A DNA stretch of 64,000 bases from Dehalococcoidia bacterium (GCA_965248495.1 CBDFJL010000003.1:1343966-1407965), one strand, 5' to 3'. Counted from the stretch's first letter, positions 39,084 to 48,834 are shown. The notes: generated by a model from the sequence alone, not told the origin. A program made the numbers and translations.

Positions 39084-41284
39084 CGCTCGCCGGCGCGCGG
39101 ACTCTGGGGAGCGTGACGCTATGGCAGCGCTTCGCCAGTGGCCAAGGCATGACCGTCCTGCTGACGGCGCTGGTGCTGCTGTCGGTCTCCTGGCCGATTC
39201 AGCAGGCGCGCTGGGTGGCAGGGATGGCGCCGCTGAGCCTGATCGCGATGCTTGGCCTCGCGCTGTGGCTGGCAACGGACGCCGCGGGATGGCCGTCGCG
39301 ATGGGCGCATCTGCTGTCCGCCGCCGTGGGCCTGGCAATCACCGCGGTCGCGGCCATGGCCGTCGCGACGGGGTCGTACCCGTTCGGCCGCGCCGAGGGC
39401 GTCATCGACGACGTGCGCCTCTGGTTCTCGGCCATACCGTCGGACGACCTGGTACCGGGGCGAATCGAGTTCGTCATTCTGATGATCAGCGTGTTCTGGT
39501 CCTTGGGCTTCTGGGGCAGCTGGTTTGCGCTGCGGCGCAGGCAGCCGTGGCCGCTGGTGCTGGTCGTGGGCCTGGTGCTGATCTTGGCGCTGGCGAACCT
39601 GGCCAGCGGGGCCAGCTTTTGGCTGGTCACGTTCATGGGGCTATCGCTCGTCCTTCTGGTCCACGTCACCACGATTCGGCGCCAGGACCTTTGGCGTAGC
39701 AGGGGAATGGAGTTCGCGCCGTTCTTGGCGCTGTCTCACTCGGTTTTCATCCTGGGTTTCGGTTTCGTGGCCATGCTGTTGGCGGCGGTGGTGCCGTCGA
39801 TGCCGTGGGTGCCGCTCGACAGCTTGGGCCAGCGCCTCGCGTCCGCCACCGATAGCTTCGAGTCGGGGTTCGGCCGGCTATTCAACGGCCTGCCCTCGCG
39901 GCAGAGCTATATCACCCTCACCTATGGCGAGGAGACGCTGTTCCGCGGTAACCCGAACCTGACGGACGAAGTGATCTTCCGTGTGTCCGGTCCGCGCAAC
40001 TACTGGCGTGCACGCACCTACACCGAGTACTCCGGCACCGGCTGGTCCACGGGTGACGCGGCCTTCCACGAGCCTGGCCCTGAGATCACCCAGGACGACG
40101 CCCGGCGGGTCGACGTCCAAAACAGCTTCCGCATCGATTCGGCGACCGACAGCCTGTTCACGGCGGGCCTGCCGGGTCGTTTCGACGCGCCGGCCCGCTA
40201 TCTCCACAGCGGCGACACGCCCTGGGACGTCTTGCAGGTGCGCTACGGTCAGGGCCTCGACTTCTTCAAGACCCGGCTGAACCTGTCCTACACATCCCGC
40301 GGGTCAGTCTCGGTGGCCTCGGATGGGGAGCTCCGGGCCGCCGAGGGGCCATACCCGGAGTGGGTCACTAAGGACTACCTTCAGCTGCCGGATGAGCTCC
40401 CGGCGCGGGTCGGACAGCTCGCCCGAGAGGTCGGCGCAAGCGCTACCGGAAACAGCTACGACCAGGCCATCGCCATCCGCGACTTCCTGATCGACTACCG
40501 CTACAACCTGAGCATCAGCGCGCCCCCGGAAGGTAGCGACGGAGTCGACCACTTCCTCTTTACGTCCCGCGAGGGCTACTGCGACTACTACGCATCGTCG
40601 ATGGCCGTGATGCTTCGCGCCGTGGGCATTCCGTCGCGCTACGTGCTGGGCTACGCACCGGGCGGCTTCGACGCCGGCCGGAGCGAGCACGTGGTCCGCG
40701 AGCTGAACTACCACTCTTGGCCCGAGGCCTACATCTCGGGGCACGGCTGGATCGCCTTCGAGCCCACGCCACCCAACGCCATCGAGTTTGGCGGCGTCGT
40801 CGGTCTGGGTTTGCTGGATCTGACTGAGGGCGGCACGCCCCTCGATGACCTCTTCGCCGAAGAGGAATTCCCTCCAGGGGTGGCCGGCGTGGGCGGCTCT
40901 TCAGGCGCCGACACTTCGCTGGTGGTGCCCATCGTCCTGGGGCTGGGGCTGCTGCTTCTGGGCATGGCCGGCGCGATCTACTACCAGGCGTGGTGGCGCC
41001 TTTCGCGGCTCGAGCGTTCCGCGGAGCTCTTTGGCAAGATGCAACGGTTGGGCACGATGCTCGGAACTGGCCCCCGGCTTCACCAGACCCCCCGTGAGTA
41101 CGGCTGGGTGCTGGCGCGACAGATGCCGGCATACGCATGGGCGGTGTTTGATATATCCGAGGCGTACACGGCCTATCGCTATGGGCATCGCATGATCAAC
41201 ATCTCGCAGCGCGCGAACGCTGAGTTCGCCTGGGGACGGCTGCGCTGGGCCCTGGTGAAGCGGCTGCTACGGCCGGGCCGTTAG
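39080..41284 (+). CDS. multi-pass membrane transglutaminase-like protein
   Basis: ~6 N-terminal TM helices. Transglutaminase core GYCDYYASSMAVMLRAVGIPSRYVLGY...HSWPEAY. A C-terminal TM helix. ATGA overlap with the DUF58 gene. Confidence 0.8.
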   Translation: MTLAGARTLGSVTLWQRFASGQGMTVLLTALVLLSVSWPIQQARWVAGMAPLSLIAMLGLALWLATDAAGWPSRWAHLLSAAVGLAITAVAAMAVATGSYPFGRAEGVIDDVRLWFSAIPSDDLVPGRIEFVILMISVFWSLGFWGSWFALRRRQPWPLVLVVGLVLILALANLASGASFWLVTFMGLSLVLLVHVTTIRRQDLWRSRGMEFAPFLALSHSVFILGFGFVAMLLAAVVPSMPWVPLDSLGQRLASATDSFESGFGRLFNGLPSRQSYITLTYGEETLFRGNPNLTDEVIFRVSGPRNYWRARTYTEYSGTGWSTGDAAFHEPGPEITQDDARRVDVQNSFRIDSATDSLFTAGLPGRFDAPARYLHSGDTPWDVLQVRYGQGLDFFKTRLNLSYTSRGSVSVASDGELRAAEGPYPEWVTKDYLQLPDELPARVGQLAREVGASATGNSYDQAIAIRDFLIDYRYNLSISAPPEGSDGVDHFLFTSREGYCDYYASSMAVMLRAVGIPSRYVLGYAPGGFDAGRSEHVVRELNYHSWPEAYISGHGWIAFEPTPPNAIEFGGVVGLGLLDLTEGGTPLDDLFAEEEFPPGVAGVGGSSGADTSLVVPIVLGLGLLLLGMAGAIYYQAWWRLSRLERSAELFGKMQRLGTMLGTGPRLHQTPREYGWVLARQMPAYAWAVFDISEAYTAYRYGHRMINISQRANAEFAWGRLRWALVKRLLRPGR

Positions 41285-41303
41285 CCGGCCGTGGGGGCGA
41301 CGG

Positions 41304-42644
41304 CTACCCGTTCATCGTGGCCGTGCCTTCGAAGGTCGCGGTGATGGGCGCGATGGGGATGTCGGCCCAGCTCTCGGCGTTCATGAACTCCTGCCAGCGC
41401 ACGTAGAAGTGCCGCTGGTTGTTCTCCGAGATGTAGCGCTGGGCCACGATGCCCGGCAGGTCGTCGTGGGCTCCCGCGTGGCGCAGGCCCATCGACACGT
41501 TCTGCGCGTACCTGCGGGCGATGGGGCTGCGGCTCGCCTCCGACACTGAGCGCCAGTTGTCGATGTCGTCCTGCTCGTTCAGCCCGGCGGCGCCGTTGTT
41601 CTGGCCGTGGCCCGTGGCCAGCGCGCGTTGCATGGCAACCGGTGCGTCCTTCTCGTAGATCGCGAAGTCCCAGAACTCGGTCTTGAGCGGCCCTCGCGGA
41701 AGCGCCATGCGAAAGCCTAGGACGCCGTTCGGGAAGATGCTGTGGTTGCCGAGCTTCACGTTGCGGGCGCGGTAGCTGCCCAGGCGCCGCTCCACCTCCG
41801 GCATCGTCTCTTCAAGGTACGCCTCGAACATCTCCCTGTTGTCCTGGTTGACGCCGGCGACGATATCGAGGCCCGTGCTGCCTGGGGACCGGATCGTGAG
41901 GCTATGGCCATTGACCGACATGTGGCGGGCGTCGCTCACGAACTGTTGCTCCATGGTCACCAGCGGGCGCCCCCAGAACCGGTGCTTCACGCGGGCCGCG
42001 GACGCGTGGGTGAGCGGCACGTGGTAGTTGTCGGAGCAGTTGTCCACGGGCGTCTTCCAGTTCACCGGCTGCATCCACTTCATGGGGCCAACCGCCACCA
42101 TGCCGCCGTCGCGCCGGTTGAACACCGTGTCGAGGTACCAGCGGGCGTCGCCGAGGTAGGCCTCGAGGGTCGGGGCCTCCTGGTCCCACGTGGCGAAGAC
42201 GATGCCGGCGTAGGTGTCCACCTTCGCCTCGATGAGGTGCAGCTCGTCCTTGTCGAGGCAGTTGTAGTAGACCTGCTCCTCGCCGGGGACGTGCTCCAGG
42301 CTACCGTCGCTGGAGTAGGTCCAGCCGTGGTAGGTGCACATGAAGCTTTTGGCGTTGCCGTCGTCGGCGCGGATGATGCGGTTGCCGCGATGGCGGCACA
42401 TGTTGAGCAAGGCGTGGAGCTTGCCGTGGTGGTCGCGGGTGAGGATGACGGGGTCCTCGCCCATGTAGGTGTGGAAGAAGTCATTGAGGTTGGGGACGAG
42501 GCTGGTGTGGCCGATCATCTGCCACGCGCGGCCGAAGATCTTCTCGAGCTCCTCTTGGTAGATGTCCTCGTCCACGAAGATACGGCGGTCGAGGGCGCCG
42601 GTCTCCGTGTCGATGACGTTGTACTTCTTGTTCGTGGCGACCAT
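41304..42644 (-). CDS. Rieske [2Fe-2S] aromatic-ring-hydroxylating oxygenase, alpha subunit
   Basis: CRHRGN...CTYHGW Rieske motif. Mononuclear iron motif DNCSDNYHVPLTH. 446 aa. No beta subunit, ferredoxin or reductase adjacent. Confidence 0.8.
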   Translation of the reverse strand: MVATNKKYNVIDTETGALDRRIFVDEDIYQEELEKIFGRAWQMIGHTSLVPNLNDFFHTYMGEDPVILTRDHHGKLHALLNMCRHRGNRIIRADDGNAKSFMCTYHGWTYSSDGSLEHVPGEEQVYYNCLDKDELHLIEAKVDTYAGIVFATWDQEAPTLEAYLGDARWYLDTVFNRRDGGMVAVGPMKWMQPVNWKTPVDNCSDNYHVPLTHASAARVKHRFWGRPLVTMEQQFVSDARHMSVNGHSLTIRSPGSTGLDIVAGVNQDNREMFEAYLEETMPEVERRLGSYRARNVKLGNHSIFPNGVLGFRMALPRGPLKTEFWDFAIYEKDAPVAMQRALATGHGQNNGAAGLNEQDDIDNWRSVSEASRSPIARRYAQNVSMGLRHAGAHDDLPGIVAQRYISENNQRHFYVRWQEFMNAESWADIPIAPITATFEGTATMNG

Positions 42645-42660
42645 GTCGACTCCTTCTGAT

Positions 42661-42763
42661 GCGCTCTGGCCGACGCGCTCTGGCGCGGCTGCTGGGGCCG
42701 AGCCTTCCGAGCGTATTCCGACCGTGAAGGCGGCGCAAGAGCAGATCGCGCCGCCGAATACGC
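42661..42763. promoter_or_regulatory. direct and inverted repeats in the Rieske/hydrolase divergent region
   Basis: GCGCTCTGGC occurs twice (42661-42670, 42675-42684). GCGTATTC..GGCGGCGC..GCGCCGCC-GAATACGC is a nested inverted repeat (42711-42763). Confidence 0.35.
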
Positions 42764-42883
42764 GTTGCCGAGGCCGCGGCGGCGACGAGAAGTTGGGTCT
42801 CCACCGTCACGAGCGCCTTGGGCTAGAGTACCCCCAGCATGCCGCCCGGCTTGGCGCGGGCGGCCACCAGAGGGGGGACGAGC

Positions 42884-43744
42884 ATGGCTTTCCTCGCATC
42901 CAGCGGGCTGACGGAAGAGGGGACGGGCAAGAGCTTCAAGGACAGCAAAGGGATGACGATTCACTATCACGATATTGGTGAGGGTGACCCGATCATCTTT
43001 CTGCACACCTATGGCCCGGGCAGCATGGCCTGGCTGACGTGGCACAAGGTCATCGGCGAGTTCGCGAAGCATTTCCGCTGCGTGCTGATGGACATGGTGA
43101 ACTACGGCAAGAGCGGTCCGGAGGTCTACAACGAACCCGGCCACTCGGTGCAGTCGAGGGCGGCGCGCGCCCTAATGGACCACCTCGGCATCGCTCGAGC
43201 GATGTACGTCGGCAACTCGATGGGTGGTACGACCTGCCTGGTGCAGGCCATCGAAGCACCGGAGCGGGTCAGCAAGGTCGTGCTTGGCGGCTCACACGCC
43301 TCGACCGGCGGCGACCCCTACATCATCGCCAACTTCCCGTCGGAGGGCAGCAAGGCGACGCGCGAGACCTACGCCGACCCCTCGCGGGCGCAGTTCGTCC
43401 GCTACCTCAAGGCGCACCTGTACGATGAGGCGATGGCCACGGACCCCGAGCTCGTCGACTACGTCTACGGCACGTGGACGAACGCCAAGGAACACCAGGA
43501 GGCGCAGCACAAGTCCGTCAGCGTCTCGCACAGCAACCTCGGTCTGCTCAGCGGCATCAGCGTGCCGGTCCGCATCGTCCACGGGCGCTTCGATCGCATG
43601 GTGACGGTGGAGCAGGCGCTGATGCTCATGGGCTACATGCCGCAGGCGGACCTGGTGATCTTGAACCGGGTTGGGCACTGGGCGCCGTACGAGCGGCCCG
43701 ACGACTACCTGTCGAACGTGCTGCCGTTCCTGCTCGCGAAGTAG
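42884..43744 (+). CDS. alpha/beta hydrolase, meta-cleavage-product (C-C bond) hydrolase-like
   Basis: GNSMGG nucleophile elbow. GHWAPYERP His motif. ATG 42884 after AGAGGGGGGA. Confidence 0.7.
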   Translation: MAFLASSGLTEEGTGKSFKDSKGMTIHYHDIGEGDPIIFLHTYGPGSMAWLTWHKVIGEFAKHFRCVLMDMVNYGKSGPEVYNEPGHSVQSRAARALMDHLGIARAMYVGNSMGGTTCLVQAIEAPERVSKVVLGGSHASTGGDPYIIANFPSEGSKATRETYADPSRAQFVRYLKAHLYDEAMATDPELVDYVYGTWTNAKEHQEAQHKSVSVSHSNLGLLSGISVPVRIVHGRFDRMVTVEQALMLMGYMPQADLVILNRVGHWAPYERPDDYLSNVLPFLLAK

Positions 43745-43845
43745 GCCGGAAGCCGCCACGAGCGACGAATGCAACCGTTCGCGTGGCGCTGGACTCAGCC
43801 GGGGGTGACTGGATCATCCAACGAGCGGGGGTTAGGGCGTGGGGC

Positions 43846-44733
43846 CTAGGTGACACGCTCGCCGTGGATGAACTGGGTCACCGCGGTGTTGAACAGCTCC
43901 GGCTTCTCCCAGTGGGCCCACCAGCCGGTCTCGGGCATCAGCTTGAACTGGGCGCCGGGGATGATCGATGCGACACGCTCGCCGGCGTCCGGCCCCAGCC
44001 CGCTATTGCCGTCGCACCACAGGACGAGCACCGGCAGGTCGATCCGCGCGATCTCCTCTTCCCTGTAGTCGTACCCGGCCGAGTTCTGGCGCGTGTAGTA
44101 CTTGCGCTGGCCGTCGTTCGTCGACGGCCGCGAGTAGTGCGCCAGCCTGATGTCGACCAGCTCGTCGGTGACGCGCTCCGGATGCTGGTTGTGCATCACC
44201 ATGAGCAGCCGCGCGTGGATGCCCTCCCACGTGGGGTTGTCGAGCAGCTGGATGGTCCGGTCGCGCATGCTCATGCCCCCGACAGGAGGCAGCGGCGGCG
44301 CGTAGGTCCCTTCCTTGAGCGTGACGGCGATGCCCGACTCGAAGACGACGCCCTTGAGGCGCTCCGGGTTGGTCATCACCAGCGGCGTGATCCCCGAGCC
44401 GCCGCCGGCCTCGCCGTGCAGCCACACCTTGTCCAGCCCCAGGGCGTTCATGAGGTCGAGCACCTGGTCGGACACCAGCGCGTTGAAGTCGTCGACCACG
44501 TCTGGCACCGTCGAGAATCCGTGGCAGACCATCTCCATGCCGATGACATGGAAGTGCTTGGCCAGCGGCATGACGTTGTAGGCGAAGGTCTCGAGGTGGC
44601 CGCCGCCGCCGTGCGCCATGATCAGCGTCTCGGCGTGCTCTCCGCCTGCCTCGACGATGCGCGTGCGGTACTTCTTGCCCTGGACGAACTTGACCTCCAC
44701 GCCGAGCAGCGCGGTCCAGATGCTCTGTGGCAT
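43846..44733 (-). CDS. alpha/beta-hydrolase paralogue with Ala at the nucleophile position
   Basis: Aligns with its neighbours (ALGLDKV..). It reads HGEAGGG where they read LGNSLGG or VGNSMGG. The His motif AHWEKPE is retained. Confidence 0.65.
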   Translation of the reverse strand: MPQSIWTALLGVEVKFVQGKKYRTRIVEAGGEHAETLIMAHGGGGHLETFAYNVMPLAKHFHVIGMEMVCHGFSTVPDVVDDFNALVSDQVLDLMNALGLDKVWLHGEAGGGSGITPLVMTNPERLKGVVFESGIAVTLKEGTYAPPLPPVGGMSMRDRTIQLLDNPTWEGIHARLLMVMHNQHPERVTDELVDIRLAHYSRPSTNDGQRKYYTRQNSAGYDYREEEIARIDLPVLVLWCDGNSGLGPDAGERVASIIPGAQFKLMPETGWWAHWEKPELFNTAVTQFIHGERVT

Positions 44734-44821
44734 GACGGCCTCCTGGCCGGGTTCTGAGGGGGGTGGTCGGCCGGAACCCTGGTCCCGTTATCGAACGGGG
44801 CCAGGGTCCAGCCTGCCGGCG

Positions 44822-45664
44822 TTAGTCGGGTTCGTTCTCGACCCAGTCGATGACCAGGCGGTTGAACGCGTCGCGGCCTTCGTACTGCACCCAGTGCCCG
44901 CAGTGCGGGAACACGTGCAGGTGCGAGTCGGGAATGCGGAAGTTGAGCTGCCATGCGAAGTCGAGCGGGACGATGCGGTCGTCCCGGCCCCAGAGGATCA
45001 GCGTCTTCGCCCTGATCTTGCCGAGGTCAGGCGTCAGGTCGCCCATGCCACCGGTCGAGTTGCGCCGCGCAGTCTGCTTCTTCTCGTCCGTCGCCGAGGC
45101 GACTCGCTGCTCCAGCAGCTCGTCGGTCACGAACGACGGGTCGTCCACGAAGACCTTGATCATGGCGCGCATGGTCTCCTTCGTGGGGTTGTCGAACGCC
45201 TCCATCAGCCGGCGCAGCCCTTCGGTCGGCATGGGCTGCGTGAAGCTGGGGGCGCCGGTCGGTGCGCCCATGACCATGAGCTTGCCGAGGCTGTCGGGGT
45301 AGTCGATGGCGAACTTCATCGCCGTCATACCGCCGAGTGAGTTGCCCAGGATGTGGACCTTGTCCAGGCCGAGCGCGTCGACGAAGTTCTTGATGGTCCG
45401 CGCGTAGTAGGTGGCGGTGGGCTCGTGTATCTCCGGGGCGTCGCTCTTGCCGTACTGGGGCAGGTCGATGAGCAGCACCCGGAAGTGCTCCGTGAGGTCC
45501 GGCATGTTCTGCCGGAAGTTGCTCCAGCCGCTCGCGCCGGGGCCGCCGCCGTGGATCGCTATCAGCGGCTCGCCGGTGCCGGCCTCGTTGTAGTGCAGCC
45601 GGATGCCGCCGGCCTCGACGTAGTTGCTCGTGCTCTCCTCGGTCAATTGCGCCGTTGTCGCCAT
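44822..45664 (-). CDS. alpha/beta hydrolase, meta-cleavage-product hydrolase-like
   Basis: GNSLGG elbow. CGHWVQYE His motif. 280 aa. Confidence 0.7.
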   Translation of the reverse strand: MATTAQLTEESTSNYVEAGGIRLHYNEAGTGEPLIAIHGGGPGASGWSNFRQNMPDLTEHFRVLLIDLPQYGKSDAPEIHEPTATYYARTIKNFVDALGLDKVHILGNSLGGMTAMKFAIDYPDSLGKLMVMGAPTGAPSFTQPMPTEGLRRLMEAFDNPTKETMRAMIKVFVDDPSFVTDELLEQRVASATDEKKQTARRNSTGGMGDLTPDLGKIRAKTLILWGRDDRIVPLDFAWQLNFRIPDSHLHVFPHCGHWVQYEGRDAFNRLVIDWVENEPD

Positions 45665-45747
45665 GGTTCGCCTCCTCGTGTCGGTGGTGCGCAGGCTAGT
45701 CGCACGTGGTGGCGACGGTCAACTTGCCTAGGTTTGGCCGCAAATGA

Positions 45748-45835
<88 letters not shown>

Positions 45836-45903
45836 ACTCGAGCGCGGCTCGCCTCGAATTATAGGCGCGCGGGTTCCGCACGCGACGTGACCGCGGCAGC
45901 TGG

Positions 45904-47097
45904 CTAGGCCAGGTAGTCGTGGACCAGCGTCGACAGCACGCGCGCCTCGGCAATGACACCCGACAGCGGGGCGAAGTCGTCGCCCAGCAGCGTGTTCGCG
46001 CCGTTGACGCCGTACTGCACCGTCGGAACGCCGTGCGCGTTGGGCCCACCGGCGTCGTAGGAACCGCGGTGGTAGTAGTGCTCGGGCGCCTCGCCGAACA
46101 CGGCGGCGTGCGCCGCCGTGAGCGCTTGGACGCCGGGGTCGGACGCCTCGACGAGCGCCGGCAGCATGTGCACCCCGCGCTCGACGGTCACCTCGAAGGG
46201 GCTGAGGTCGCCAATGGCCTCGCGCACCTCCGCGACCGCCGCGTCGATGTCGTCGCCGGGCAGCAGGCGGCGGTCGACCCGGATGCGGGCGGTGTCGGGG
46301 AGCGTGTGCGGTGCCAGCGGCGAGTAGGAGACCTGGTAGGGCTCCGCGTGTAGGCCGCCCAGCTGCGGGTGGGTCTTCGAAAACGTCATCTTGCGGATGC
46401 GGTTGATTGCGTCCGTCGCACCCTGGATCGCGTTGTGGCCGAGGTCTGGCCGGCTGGAGTGCGACGCCTGCCCGCGGACCGTGACGTTGACGTCGACGCG
46501 GCCGCGGTTGCCGAGCTGCAGCTGGAAGTTGGTGCGCTGGAGCACGATGCCCAAGGTCGGCTTCGTTGGCAGCGCCGCGATGATGGCGTCGGAGCACTCG
46601 TGGCTGGAGCGCCCCTCGTTGTTGATACCGAAGTACAGCGTCCCGCCAAGCTCGGCGCCCGAGTCCACGAGCATCTTGAGCACGCCGAGCATCGCCGCCA
46701 TGTGCGACTTGTTCTGCGTCACGCCCTGGCCGAAGGCGCACGGCTCGTCGAAGCCGTACTCGGTGCCCATGGCGATGCGACCGGCGTGCGGGTCGGCCAT
46801 CATGTTGGAGTGCTGCGTGGGGGTGTAGGCCATGACCAGCAGCGCCTTGTCCGACTCGCCGGTGCCCATCCGCACCACCAGCTGATTGAGCGGCGCCTCG
46901 ATGATGCCGTAGGCGCCGATGGCCTGGAGCTCGGGGCGCACCACTTCCTGGACGTAGTGGACCAGCTTGGGGTCGTCCGGAGCCATGAGGGTGTCGGTGC
47001 CCATCGGCACCTCGGTCGGCTCTTGGAGCAGCTCGACGAGCGTGTCGACGATGTACTGCTCGTCGAGGTAGTCGGCGATGACTTCGGCGGCGGCCAT
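45904..47097 (-). CDS. M20-family peptidase (ArgE/DapE-like)
   Basis: ~397 aa from MAAAEVIADYL (ATG 47097). M20 pattern with a dimerisation domain. Confidence 0.65.
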   Translation of the reverse strand: MAAAEVIADYLDEQYIVDTLVELLQEPTEVPMGTDTLMAPDDPKLVHYVQEVVRPELQAIGAYGIIEAPLNQLVVRMGTGESDKALLVMAYTPTQHSNMMADPHAGRIAMGTEYGFDEPCAFGQGVTQNKSHMAAMLGVLKMLVDSGAELGGTLYFGINNEGRSSHECSDAIIAALPTKPTLGIVLQRTNFQLQLGNRGRVDVNVTVRGQASHSSRPDLGHNAIQGATDAINRIRKMTFSKTHPQLGGLHAEPYQVSYSPLAPHTLPDTARIRVDRRLLPGDDIDAAVAEVREAIGDLSPFEVTVERGVHMLPALVEASDPGVQALTAAHAAVFGEAPEHYYHRGSYDAGGPNAHGVPTVQYGVNGANTLLGDDFAPLSGVIAEARVLSTLVHDYLA

Positions 47098-47221
47098 GGC
47101 TCCTCTCGGCGGTGCCCCAGGCGGGTACTCAGCGTCGGGAGGATAGCAGGCGGAACCGACGCGCCGCGGGGCTCGTCTACAATGGCGCGAATCCCACCTG
47201 GATCCGCCATTCGGAGCCATC

Positions 47222-48295
47222 ATGAAGGTAGACCTGCGCACGCCGCCCTCGCACCCCGTCGCCGAGATGGTGGCCTTCGCTCAGCAATGCGAGGAGGCGG
47301 GCTTCCACGCCTGTGGCTTCAACGACTCGCAGCTCTACTTCCGCGATAACTACGTCGTCGCCGCGCAGGTGCTCGCCAACACCGAGCGCCTGGTGGTCCA
47401 CCCCGCGCTGACCTGCCCGGGGCCACGGCACACTTCGGTCATCGCCTCGGCCGCCAAGACCGTCCAGGAGTTTGGGCCCGGCCGCTACGAGCTCTGGCTG
47501 GGGCGGGGCGACGCCGCGGCGTCCACCATCGGCCACGCGGCGCTCACCCTGGCCGAGACCCGGCAGGCCATCAGCGAGATCAAGCGGACCATGGCCGGAG
47601 AGTGGGGCGTCTGGGGCGACCCGCACGTGCATCTCCACCACAGTGACGGCCCACCGGTCCCGGTGTTCCTCGCGGGTCGCGGACCCAAGGTCATCGGCAT
47701 CGCCGGCGAGCTGTGCGACGGCGTGCTGCTGGCGGTCGAGCCCAACGCCGAGTCGATCACGCAGGCCAAGGGCTGGCTCGCCGACGGCGCCGCGAGGGCG
47801 GGGCGCGACCCCGCCGACATCGAGGTGGTGCTCGAGGTCCGAACCATGATCCGCGAGACCCGGCGCCTGGCCCACCGCACGCATGCGCCCAAGCTGTTGC
47901 CCAACCTCGTGCGCGACGACTCCCAAGCGTGGCTGACCAAGCGCGGCATCGACTACGACCTCACGCCCATCAAGGCGCGGCTCCGCGAAGGCTGGGAGCG
48001 GATGCAACAGCTCGCGCCGTCCGCGACCCATCCCTACGACTGGAGCGCCGCCGAAGACATCGCCGACGCCGCCATCCCCGAGGAGCTGCAGGCGGTGGCA
48101 GGGGACACGATGGCGGTGCTGGGCGACCCGGACTACGTGGCGACACGGTACCTCGACTTCCAGGCCATGGGCATCGACCGCATCTACATGTACGCGAACC
48201 TGTCGTTCCAGTGGCCCGAGGACGAGCGCCGCGCCTTCGCGGAGGTCATCGGCCCAGCGCTGGCCAGGGGCGCGAGCGCCGCGGCGGGAGGCTAG
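47222..48295 (+). CDS. luciferase-like (LLM) flavin/F420-dependent oxidoreductase
   Basis: 357 aa. TIM-barrel LLM pattern (GFHACGFNDSQ..., LWLGRGD). Confidence 0.65.
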   Translation: MKVDLRTPPSHPVAEMVAFAQQCEEAGFHACGFNDSQLYFRDNYVVAAQVLANTERLVVHPALTCPGPRHTSVIASAAKTVQEFGPGRYELWLGRGDAAASTIGHAALTLAETRQAISEIKRTMAGEWGVWGDPHVHLHHSDGPPVPVFLAGRGPKVIGIAGELCDGVLLAVEPNAESITQAKGWLADGAARAGRDPADIEVVLEVRTMIRETRRLAHRTHAPKLLPNLVRDDSQAWLTKRGIDYDLTPIKARLREGWERMQQLAPSATHPYDWSAAEDIADAAIPEELQAVAGDTMAVLGDPDYVATRYLDFQAMGIDRIYMYANLSFQWPEDERRAFAEVIGPALARGASAAAGG

Positions 48296-48834
48296 GCCGG
48301 CAGCACCGCGCGACCCTCGGGTGTCGGCACGCCGAACGCGTTCAGGCAACACGCCAGCATGACGTAGGCGCCGACGATAGCGGCGAGCTCGGCCATGTCC
48401 CGCTCGCCTAACCGCTCGAGCAGCGCCCCGAAGGTCGCGTCCGATACGCGATGCGGCGCGCGTAGCACCTCGTGGACGTACCGCACCACCACCGCCTCGT
48501 TGGGCGTGAGCCCATCGGGCGCCGTCCCGGCCTTGATCGACGCGATCGCCTCCTCCCGAACGCCCGCCTCGCGGGCCTCGTCCTCGTGGGCCGCCCACTC
48601 GTACAGGCAGTCAAGCTCGCGCGCGACGCTGCAGATGGCGAGCTCGGCGACCCGCTTATCGAGTTTCGCCTCAAAGCGGGCGTAGCCGATGGTGTGGGCC
48701 ACGCGCGCGGCGAGGTCGGGCGAGTTGAGCAGGTACTGGTAGGGCGCGGCGATCCGGCCCCTGCTTGCGATGATCGAGTCGAAATGCGGCTGGTCAGCTT
48801 CGGCGACCTGCTCGCGCTGGGTTATCTCCGACAT
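48292..48834 (-). CDS. carboxymuconolactone decarboxylase (AhpD-like) family protein
   Basis: CMD core ARELDCLYEWAAH. Start at MSEITQ (ATG 48834). Confidence 0.65.
   Translation of the reverse strand: MSEITQREQVAEADQPHFDSIIASRGRIAAPYQYLLNSPDLAARVAHTIGYARFEAKLDKRVAELAICSVARELDCLYEWAAHEDEAREAGVREEAIASIKAGTAPDGLTPNEAVVVRYVHEVLRAPHRVSDATFGALLERLGERDMAELAAIVGAYVMLACCLNAFGVPTPEGRAVLPA

Noticed and set aside
48292-48834. The AhpD/CMD-like protein next to selA as a selenoprotein.
   Set aside because: The ORF is continuous with no in-frame TGA. The would-be redox motif reads DCLYEWAAH (a single Cys) rather than CxxC or CxxU.
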